Shown: in pieces, positions 50,592-58,913 of the stretch
Numbering within the stretch: position 1 is the first letter of the stretch
How the letters are laid out: every line of letters begins with the position of its first letter
Virus record (IMG/VR): IMGVR_UViG_3300017747_002695
Location: 1-58,913 of that record
From: a virus
Taxonomy: Duplodnaviria; Caudoviricetes
Strand: one strand, 5' to 3'
Length of the DNA: 58,913 nt
Made by a program: the position numbers and the translations under genes
Notes under the pieces: generated by a model
Databases searched by the model: none
The model's input: the letters and a program-made list of their open reading frames with translations, nothing else
Told to the model about the DNA's origin: nothing

Positions 50592-51108
50592 TTTTATTTT
50601 CCATTCTATAGGCAAATTCGCCTTGTATGTTTTCTGTTACGCTATCGTAAGCATACTTAGCTTCTTCTAAAGTTTTATATGATCCTAAATATCTAGGATG
50701 ACCGTCTATGCATATCTGAGCTAAATATTTTCCTTGATGTATATGTACACCTTTTACGCCTAATTTGTTATCTCGTTGATGCGATCTATTGTACCCATTT
50801 TCTTGTCTAGTAGCTTCTCTAAGATTTTCCCATTTGTTATTATGTTTAACTGTATCGATGTGGTCAATCATTTCGTTGGGCCATCGCCCTGTCATATAAA
50901 GAAAAGCTAGACGGTGGGCTTGGTAGTAAGTGCCATCAAATCTAATTCTTATATAACCTTGCGGCCCTAAACTTCCTGCTATATCTCCTAATTTTATCTT
51001 ACGATTTGTACTTTGCAGCCAAGTAAAAATACCAGTTGAAGGATCATAATGCAACAAGTCCTTAAGTCGTTTATATATAAAAACATCAGGACTTGTTGCC
51101 CAATTCAT
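50584..51108 (-). CDS. HNH endonuclease with AP2-like domain
   Basis: YDPSTGIFTW, AHRLAFLYMTG, IDHID...NN...NLREAT, GVKGV...YLGSY. Confidence 0.9.
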   Translation of the reverse strand: MNWATSPDVFIYKRLKDLLHYDPSTGIFTWLQSTNRKIKLGDIAGSLGPQGYIRIRFDGTYYQAHRLAFLYMTGRWPNEMIDHIDTVKHNNKWENLREATRQENGYNRSHQRDNKLGVKGVHIHQGKYLAQICIDGHPRYLGSYKTLEEAKYAYDSVTENIQGEFAYRMENKNV

Positions 51109-52174
51109 CACGCCACCTTTTCCTGTCCAGCAACCCAACCATTAACTGGAATGTTGGTCACATTATCAGCCTTAGCCGCTGGCCTAGTGATAAGCGCAAA
51201 AGGATCAACAGCGTTATCGTCAGCATGAATATTATCATTATTGAGTGTAGTAATGCCAGCTCGTACAGCCAACATCTCACACTTCAAATCCAATGCGTCA
51301 AGAAAAGTATCATCCTCAGTAGCATAGCCAGCCATACCAACAGTAGACTGAATAGCCATCAGATAAGTTTTGCGCATACTGGTGCGGATAGTCAGAAACT
51401 TCTTTTGATCGGCTTCTTTAAGATTGGCTAGTGTGGTTAGGATATCCATTAGATGTTTTCCTTATGACCAAGCTTCTTCAATGCAGCAGCAAGCTCTTTA
51501 ATATTCTTCTGAGCTGCTAGCTTCTTAGTATTATATTCTTTAATAGTTTTAGCGTAATTAGCTAGAACTTCCTGATGTCCGCTCAGAGCTTTCTGCTCAA
51601 CCTTAAGCTTATCCACCAGTAGCTTGACTGCTACATTCTTAATATCTTCCACGGGTTTTTCCTTTACGAAATCAACTGCTGTTGCGAGAAGTTTATTAGG
51701 TACAGCCTGATAACCTGATGGAATGGCTGCAAAACGAGGAGGGTCAATATCATAATAACGAGAACGTTCACGATTACGCATGATATTGTCATATTCACGG
51801 TAGCAATCATTACAACCGCAACGCTTTAGCTCGTACAGCTTTTCTTGAATATTTCTGCAACCCATCACTCATTCTCCATTTCAATAATAATAATAAGCTC
51901 CTTTGGAATGTTTGGCAAAGCATCTTTCATAACATAGATGCTAGTAACAGCTCCATCATTATGAATAGCATCATAGCGAACAGAATGCTTCTTCTCTGAA
52001 TTGATTTTCATTGGTACTTTAATTTGCATTAACCTTCTCCTTTTCTTTATTCATATATTTTTGAATGATTTGGGCAATGATGTAAGTGTTTGTCTTATTC
52101 TTCAAAGTACCATCAATCTCTACTGCTGCCATCAAGGCGAGAGTAGATGGTTCTGGTAGTTCTTCTTTCATTAT

Positions 52175-52606
52175 TCAATCCTTACTGTAGATAAACGTAG
52201 CCTCAGCATCTTCTTCATAGCGATAGTATCCAATGGGCAAGCGCTCATCTTGACCATCGCGAAGATAAGGACGTATCCAATCAATAAATTTAGCTACTTC
52301 ACCATCATAATTCTTAAAGTCAGAACGGCTGATAAAGCACCAATATCTGCCAATCTTATCATATTCAAAAAGGCTAGTGCTTCGCGGTACAAAATAATAG
52401 CTGCTGCAACGCAACATGCTGCACCAACGATCAGTTGTAAACAACTCATGCTTAGGAGCAATTGAGGGTGCTTCAGCTAAGCCAAGCATAACCTTTATCA
52501 TTTCTACAGCTACAGGATCATCCTTAACCCTAGTCGATATGACTAGCTCAGTATACATACCCATTTCTATTATCCATTTTATATTAAAACTGCTGACTAC
52601 ATCCAC
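52175..52606 (-). CDS. Phage hypothetical protein
   Basis: MGMYTEL...KNYDGEV..F.DW..PY...GYYRYEE. Confidence 0.6.
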   Translation of the reverse strand: MDVVSSFNIKWIIEMGMYTELVISTRVKDDPVAVEMIKVMLGLAEAPSIAPKHELFTTDRWCSMLRCSSYYFVPRSTSLFEYDKIGRYWCFISRSDFKNYDGEVAKFIDWIRPYLRDGQDERLPIGYYRYEEDAEATFIYSKD

Positions 52607-52759
52607 AACTTGGATGTTAAAGGATGCAGCCAGCAGGCTAGTATCCGGCTAGGACGCTACCAGCCTGCAAACCCTAGCCTGCTCAAAAGCTTGGGTCAAT
52701 AGGTCAAAGTGATTTATTCTACTTGACAGGCGATATTTTTCGCTTTAGGCGTTAAAGCT

Positions 52760-52927
52760 ATGTCAAATCAAGAACATATCCCCACAAATGCTCGCCAACA
52801 TATCACCCTTACTGGTGATAGTGTTGCTCAAATAAATAAACTTCGCTCTGAATTAGAGGCGAAGTTAGGAGTGCGCCTATCAATAGCTGATGTTGTTAGG
52901 CATCTTTTGTCTAAAGCCAATCAATAA
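52760..52927 (+). CDS. Ribbon-helix-helix-like protein (55 aa)
   Basis: RQHITLT strand, helix, then SIADVVRHLL; below ORF-track cutoff; TTGACA upstream. Confidence 0.55.
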   Translation: MSNQEHIPTNARQHITLTGDSVAQINKLRSELEAKLGVRLSIADVVRHLLSKANQ

Positions 52928-52943
52928 ATTGGATATTTAAATT

Positions 52944-55364
52944 ATGGTTGGCAGTCTTTTTCAAAACTTGCCTGAAGAATTGCGCGTCCTTAAACAATGG
53001 GTGCTTTGGAAGTATGAGGATGTAGGAGCAGCCAAGCCTACTAAAATTCCTTACAACATCAATGGGCAATTGGCAAGCGTAACCAATCCGAATACTTGGG
53101 CTACCTTTCAAGAAGCGTTCAATGCTTTTGGTTTTGGTGGCTATTCTGGTTTGGGTTTTGTCTTTACTGATAATGACCCATACGTTTTCCTAGATTTAGA
53201 TGATGCTGAGGGTGATGATACAATTCTTCAGCGACACCTTAAAGTTTTTCATGAGTTTAATACCTATGCAGAAATCAGCCCATCAGGAATGGGATTGCAT
53301 TTGATTTGCAAAGGTACTGTAGCAGCAGGACGTAGACGCTCCAAAATAGAAATCTACCCTAGCCAGCGTTATGCTACAATGACTGGTAACGTTTACAATG
53401 GCCGCAACACCATTACCGATTGCCAGCCCCAATTAAAAGTATTGTGGGAACAAATGGGCAGCGGACCTGTAGCTCAATCACTATACAAAGGTGATGATAA
53501 GGAAACTTATGATGATGCTACAATTATTAAACGCGCGGCTGATGCAGTCAACGGCGACAAATTCGCTAAGCTTCATGCGGGTGAATGGAGAGATTTGTAC
53601 TCCTCTCAGTCAGAAGCAGATTTTGCTTATGTTGATATGCTCGCGTTTTACACCCAAAACAGAACGCAAATTATTAGGCTCTTTAGAAGCAGCCCGCTTG
53701 GTGCTAGGGATAAAGCAAAACGTACAGATTACGTATCAGGTATGATCAGCAGATCATTTGATCGCATGCTCCCTCCTATTGATTTTGATGGGATGAAAAA
53801 TGCGCTTGAAAATCATCTTGCAAAAAATAATCAACCGTCTAATACAGACACCAATGGAAGCGTAGCTCAACGGTTAGAGCCAGCCGCTCATAACGGCTTG
53901 GTTGCAGGTTCAAGTCCTGCCGCTTCCACCAATGCGGCATCGTCCAATGGTAGGACAGCAGCCTTTGACGCTGAGAATGTAGGTTCAACTCCTGCTGCCG
54001 TAGCCAATCAAGACTTACCACCCGGTCTATTGGGTGAGATAGCATCTTTCATTTATCAAGCCGCTCCTAGACCTGTTCCTGAAGTAGCTTTAGCTGCTGC
54101 TATTGGTTTGCTGTCCGGTATTACTGGTAGAGCATACAATATATCAGGTACAGGCTTAAACCAGTATGTCTTGCTGTTGGCTATGACTGGAGCAGGCAAG
54201 GAAGCTGCCGCATCTGGTATTAACAAGCTGATGAATACCATTAAGATGCAAGTACCAACTTCAACAGACTTTATCGGACCATCTGAAATATCATCAGGCT
54301 CAGCCCTATTCAAATACTTAGGCAACACAAGCCAATCTTTTATTTCTCTATTAGGCGAGTTTGGCTTGCGCCTACAACAGATGAGCAGCCCCAATGCTAA
54401 TGGATCAGAAGTATCGCTACGTAGAATGTTCCTCGATTTGTATAACAAATCAGGATACTCAGAAACCTTACACGCTTCTGTGTACTCCGATAAAGCAAAC
54501 AATACTTCAGCAGTTCCTAGCCCCTCATTCTCAATCCTTGGAGAAAGTACTCCAGAACGATTTTACGGCGCTCTAAATGAGGATATGATTAGTGAAGGTC
54601 TATTACCTCGTTTCCTACTCATTGAGTACAAAGGCAACCGTCCGCCTCTAAATGAGTATCATACATCTGTAATACCTAGCTTTAGTTTAATTGAACGTCT
54701 GGCTGCATTAGCGGCGCAATGTGAGACAATCAATCATTCTAATCCTCGTCGTGTGATCAATGTGCAGTCAACTCCTGAAGCAGCTAAGTTGCTATATGAT
54801 TTTGACAAGTATGCTGATCAAAAAATAAATGGATCAGGTAAGGAAGTCATTCGCCAGCTTTGGAATAGAGCGCATATTAAAGTGCTAAAGCTGTCTGCAT
54901 TGATTGCTGTTGGTGAGAACATGATTGAGCCCACAATTAATGAAGCTTCTATGCGTTGGGCTGCTAATCTAATTCAAGCTGATATTGATGCAATCACAGT
55001 TCGTTTTGAAGCTGGTGAGATTGGTAGCAACTCTTATGAGGTTAAACAAGCTGGCGAATTATTGCGTGTCATTAAGGATTATATAGTCAGCGACTATTCT
55101 AAAGTTGAGAAGTATTTGCAGTTTAAATCTCCTCAAATGCATCAGGATAAAGTTGTTCCTTATGGATATTTGAACAAGAGATTGGCTGCTGTTGCTGCGT
55201 TTCGTAATGATAAGTCTGGAGCAACATTTGCTATCAAGCGTACTATTCAAACGTTAGTTGATACTGATAGAGTTAGAGAGCTTGGTAAAGTATGGACTAA
55301 TGAAAAGTATGGTACTTCTCAGCGTTGCTTTGCTTTGGCTGATCTATCTATCTTAAACCTGTAA
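52944..55364 (+). CDS. Primase-polymerase fused to helicase-like (DUF3987-like) domain
   Basis: QWVLW, TKIPY, TWATF, FLDLD, YAEISPSGMGLH, ATMTG, SQSEAD; C-terminal AMTGAGKE, EFG, GLLPRF. Confidence 0.9.
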   Translation: MVGSLFQNLPEELRVLKQWVLWKYEDVGAAKPTKIPYNINGQLASVTNPNTWATFQEAFNAFGFGGYSGLGFVFTDNDPYVFLDLDDAEGDDTILQRHLKVFHEFNTYAEISPSGMGLHLICKGTVAAGRRRSKIEIYPSQRYATMTGNVYNGRNTITDCQPQLKVLWEQMGSGPVAQSLYKGDDKETYDDATIIKRAADAVNGDKFAKLHAGEWRDLYSSQSEADFAYVDMLAFYTQNRTQIIRLFRSSPLGARDKAKRTDYVSGMISRSFDRMLPPIDFDGMKNALENHLAKNNQPSNTDTNGSVAQRLEPAAHNGLVAGSSPAASTNAASSNGRTAAFDAENVGSTPAAVANQDLPPGLLGEIASFIYQAAPRPVPEVALAAAIGLLSGITGRAYNISGTGLNQYVLLLAMTGAGKEAAASGINKLMNTIKMQVPTSTDFIGPSEISSGSALFKYLGNTSQSFISLLGEFGLRLQQMSSPNANGSEVSLRRMFLDLYNKSGYSETLHASVYSDKANNTSAVPSPSFSILGESTPERFYGALNEDMISEGLLPRFLLIEYKGNRPPLNEYHTSVIPSFSLIERLAALAAQCETINHSNPRRVINVQSTPEAAKLLYDFDKYADQKINGSGKEVIRQLWNRAHIKVLKLSALIAVGENMIEPTINEASMRWAANLIQADIDAITVRFEAGEIGSNSYEVKQAGELLRVIKDYIVSDYSKVEKYLQFKSPQMHQDKVVPYGYLNKRLAAVAAFRNDKSGATFAIKRTIQTLVDTDRVRELGKVWTNEKYGTSQRCFALADLSILNL
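53856..53931 (+). tRNA. tRNA(CAT), probably Ile2, nested in primase CDS
   Basis: GGAAGCG/CGCTTCC acceptor, GCTC/GAGC D stem, AGCCG-CTCATAA-CGGCT, GCAGG-TTCAAGT-CCTGC, ACCA. Confidence 0.92.
53933..54006 (+). tRNA. tRNA-Gln(TTG), nested in primase CDS
   Basis: TGCGGCA/TGCCGTA acceptor, GTCC/GGAC D stem, CAGC-CTTTGAC-GCTG, GTAGG-TTCAACT-CCTGC, GCCA. Confidence 0.88.
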
Positions 55365-55371
55365 TAACTAG

Positions 55372-55608
55372 GATATCTAATAAAAATCAGCCGATCTAAT
55401 GGAAATCTAGCTGTTAGATATCGTTAGATATTGAGTAAAATCAGTGACTTAGGAAAAATCTAATGGCATCTAAATATCTAATGGCTCTTAGCACCCCCTC
55501 CTAACCCCTTCTCTATACCTATTTCTCTCTCTATTAGATATATTAGATATATTAGATATCCTACGTTTTAAGGGGTTTTCGTGCTAGATCGGCGTTAGGG
55601 AAATCTAA
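55372..55608. repeat. Iteron-like ATCTAA/TTAGAT array, putative replication origin
   Basis: At least 11 hexamer copies in both orientations just after the primase gene. Confidence 0.6.
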
Positions 55609-57558
55609 GGTGGTGGAATGGAGTGATGGAAATGATAATTCAAATTAGACTGCATGAAGATTTACCAACTAATGCTCAAAATGCTTTACGCTACGCAATA
55701 GAGCTTGGTATATGGCGAGCTAAATGGAGACAAGCTGAGGATGAAAAGGATTACTACACAATGGATAGATTGCAGGAAGATTACGAAAGAGTAGGCTTAC
55801 CATGACAAACATTAATATGGTCTGGAGATATAAACATTATATTGCTATCATTGAGGCTTGTGATATAGCATTATCAGATCAGTGGTCTGGTGAAATAAGA
55901 AGGCTTTTAAATGTTAAAAGAACTAAAGCTTTCCAAAGGCTATTAGACTTTCAGATAGCATTTCATAGTGGAGACTAGAACGATGACTAATTTTGATACT
56001 AAGTTGATGCAGACATATAAGACTGTTGGAGATAGGCGAGATATGATTAAGGAAAGCTATAGTGTGAAACTGAAGGTCACCCTCTCCGCGCTTGCAGCCG
56101 GGAGGAGCTCATAATGTTTGGGAACCGCTGTTTGGGATTGCCGGGGTGCGGACATTCTACAAACTGGACGTGCCCTTGTACGTGCGAGGAGGAAATAGAT
56201 GGACGTGATCGTGAACCCGCGATCTCGCGCGTAAAGCTCAGCCAACAGGCCGAGGCAGAAGCTATTAAAATTGATAGTGTGGGCATTAGGACTATTCAAA
56301 TTGACGATAGAACTAATGAACTGCTAAATATTGAAATTTGGAACGCTGCTATAGATGCTGCTGCTAAGTATTGTGATGAGATGGGGGAAGAAAGTAGAAT
56401 TGCCGAAAATATTAGAGGACTAAAAAAATGAGCGTTCGCAAGCTTAAGACTTCTATACTGCATTACAACAAAGCTAAGGTTGTAGATTGCCCTCAATGTA
56501 AAGTGAAGGCTGGTTACTCTTGCGTTAGAGCAGATGGAAAGAATGGTGGCACGCATAGAGCTAGGGTAATCAAATGGGAGAGATGATTATATTGCAGTGC
56601 AATATAAAATAATTAAAAATAGTGCTTGCAATTGAATTGATGACCGTCTATTGTATGAATACAGACAACGGAGCAAGCAAATGGTAAATCATTTCAAGAC
56701 TGAAGCAGCAGCTAAGGCTCATTTGATCAGCAAGGGTTTCACTCAATTGTCTAAATCTACTGAAGTTTGGGTTAGTGCTGATAGCTATGTAGAAGCTCGC
56801 ATTGAAATTGATTTGCATCGTGGTCCTTATATTTATTTTAAAAATAACTGTTGACTTATCAATTGATCCGTATAGGATGTAGAAATCAATAGGAGAACTA
56901 AAATGGTACAAGTTGGTGGAAAGATTAAGCGCATCAAGCCGTCACAGCCGCAGTTTGTTGTACAGAAGGCTGCTTCAGATAATGAGTATCTGAAGCTTTC
57001 GTATGATGGTGTTGACATTATCATTGAATGGGTTGGTGATCCTAAGGCAGCTTCCAAGTTTGATAGCAAGTATCAAGCTAAGTGCCGCGTGCGCGAGATT
57101 GATGATGTTCCTGATACGCGATGCTTTAAGGAGTTGAGCGCATGAGCTTGCTATATAAAGCTCAAAGATATGTGGCTAATGAGTTGGCTAGCAATAGATT
57201 GCCACCTAGTCATAATGATGATACTGTTCAGGTACGAATTGCTAGATGGAATAAACTAGCTGACGAAGCTATGCCTGAAGTTGAAGCTGTTATTAATGCT
57301 ATGACGCATTTTGAATTTTTAAAGCTGTTGAGTGACGTGCTAGAGGAGGTTGAGTGATGAAAGTACTTATTATATCACTAGTGGCAGCTATTATCCTAGA
57401 TTTTACTTTGAAGTTTGTACCAGTTACGCCATTTTGGTTTCAATGTTTGTTTGGAGTTATGAGTTGGTTTGCTTGTGAAAATATTGTTAAAAAGATACTT
57501 GACTAATTGATTGCATCCGTCCATAGTTTAAATACTGAATAGCAAATGGAGAATAAAA

Positions 57559-57753
57559 ATGACTGTAGCCGTTAGAACTGGAACTAAAAAGAAAGTCTAC
57601 CCATCCATCAAGGCTGCTGCTGAAGCAACTGGAATTCCTTACATGACGCTGTACATGCGAATGCGTAAGGATGATGGTGGTTTGGCTTGGAGCATCAACA
57701 AGGCTATGAAGAAGCCAGTTCGGAAGTATGAGCGTAAGATGGAGGTTGCATAA
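57559..57753 (+). CDS. Small HTH (NUMOD1-like) DNA-binding protein
   Basis: YPSIKAAAEATGIPYMTLYMR. Confidence 0.6.
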   Translation: MTVAVRTGTKKKVYPSIKAAAEATGIPYMTLYMRMRKDDGGLAWSINKAMKKPVRKYERKMEVA

Positions 57754-57755
57754 AA

Positions 57756-57810
57756 GGCCGAAACCGTCTAACAAGACGGTCGCTAGATTAAGTCTAGCCT
57801 GATGATGGCC
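57756..57810 (+). ncRNA. Hammerhead ribozyme, type II topology
   Basis: GGCC GAAA CCGTCT-AACA-AGACGG TC / GCTAGA-TTAAG-TCTAGC CTGATGA T GGCC. Confidence 0.85.
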
Positions 57811-57824
57811 ATAAGTTAAATAAA

Positions 57825-58015
57825 GCCAACACAGAATACCTTTATGCAGCAATGAACATTAGCGCAATGGGCAACAGCAAAAGCTAATATAGATAGCTAA
57901 GGCGATGCTATAGGCGTTTGTTGGTACAACGTTAAAAGCTCAGGATGCATAGAGGAGCTACCTTGCATTTTATATAGGATCGGGAACGGTGCGAAACCGC
58001 CTAATGCAAGGTAGC
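57825..58015 (+). ncRNA. Candidate structured RNA downstream of hammerhead
   Basis: 7-bp closing stem 57825-31/57919-25 with inner hairpins; perfect 13-bp stem 57957-69/58003-15. Confidence 0.45.
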
Positions 58016-58582
58016 ACTTTAATTTTTAATGGAGGAATAGGGAATGAAGAATATAGTTACAGTTAACGTGCATCCTCATGGAGTTACAGCAGGAGCGTTG
58101 CCTACACATACTCGTGATATAATTGATGATCTTTCAGGAGATATTATCAGCGAATGCATTACAGATGCGTTACAGAAAGCTAAATCAGAAGGGTTTGATC
58201 CTTTTTCTGATAGCTGTATTGTAGTTGTGCAGTTTAAGCAAAAGCTAGAGCTTACTGAAGGCGAGTATGACTAAAGCTGAAGAAACAGAACGTTGGCTTT
58301 GGCCTCGCTACAATCCACAAGGATTGCTAGTGGGGCCTTTACCGTTTAAAGGTAATGCTCCAGACTACAGCCATCCCGGTGTAGCTGAACGTGTTAGAAT
58401 TGAGATTGACTTCTATATGGAGCAGGAAAGGTATAGGGAATGAGTAATAATAAAATATATCCAATGATGACAGATTTTAATTATTCAGCCTATTGTCAAG
58501 CTTGGGTAGCATGTTTCGCTGCTGATAATATTGATGATAGTTGGCATTATGACTATGCAGTTCGTGCAGGCATCGTATTTGG

Positions 58583-58891
58583 ATGACAAGCCATCCTCAA
58601 CAATCACTGATTGACAATGGTATCATTACCGTAGATGATAGTGGTACTATTCGATTAACTGTTAGCTCATGGCGACTAATGACTGATCAGCCAGCTATCC
58701 ATTTTGTCGGATTTAAAGATGATAGATACTGGAATGCTGTCAAAGTGTGGGGAAAGCCAGACTTTGTGCATCGTTTTTGGGATCATAGAGCAGTCTGCGA
58801 AGTGACAGCAATAGATAAAGTTATCTTTGCTGATGGTGATGAACGGCAGGGAATTAGAAAGTTTACGTATGATGATAGCGCTTACTTTTAA
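58583..58891 (+). CDS. Phage hypothetical protein
   Basis: IHFVGF..DRY..AVKVWG.PDFVH..WD.RA. Confidence 0.55.
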   Translation: MTSHPQQSLIDNGIITVDDSGTIRLTVSSWRLMTDQPAIHFVGFKDDRYWNAVKVWGKPDFVHRFWDHRAVCEVTAIDKVIFADGDERQGIRKFTYDDSAYF

Positions 58892-58913
58892 ATAGGAGAA
58901 TATGGAATGATAC

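Noticed and set aside
53856-54006. Nested tRNAs as an intron spliced out by RtcB
   Set aside because: Frame is already open, exact removal of 151 nt would shift it, and RNase P ends are not RtcB substrates
53839-54045. Minus-strand 68-aa ORF
   Set aside because: Antisense shadow of the nested tRNAs
57980-58000. Cobalamin riboswitch-like GGGAACGGTGCGAAACCG
   Set aside because: Rest of the aptamer, including the B12 box, is absent
58791-58913. Biological direct terminal repeat
   Set aside because: Exact short overlap inside a gene is typical of circular assembly; true genome ends cannot be inferred

Overview
An apparently complete, circularly assembled phage genome of about 58.8 kb (bases 1-123 repeat at 58791-58913). 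It is AT-rich, and I see no integrase or repressor. It has a P22-like podovirus morphogenesis operon (TerS, TerL, portal, scaffold, coat, gp4/gp10-like tail proteins, ejection proteins, tail fibres), a lysis cassette, and a leftward replication operon (family-B-like DNA polymerase, clamp-like protein, SF2 helicase, Cas4-like nuclease, SSB-like protein, Sak4-like ATPase). It also has a rightward primase-helicase followed by an iteron-like region, five homing endonucleases, RtcB, a KTSC protein and five tRNAs. The host is probably an alphaproteobacterium (inferred). Most unusual signals: (1) two intact tRNA genes lie on the sense strand inside the open primase-helicase frame; (2) at least seven late-region proteins, including tail fibres, have Sec-like signal peptides, six with paired cysteines, suggesting exported appendages added after lysis; (3) a hammerhead ribozyme precedes a structured RNA in a phage encoding RtcB; (4) the polymerase proofreading motifs look inactivated; (5) homing endonucleases have duplicated and recoded the ends of their target genes. 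All calls are by eye; no searches were run.
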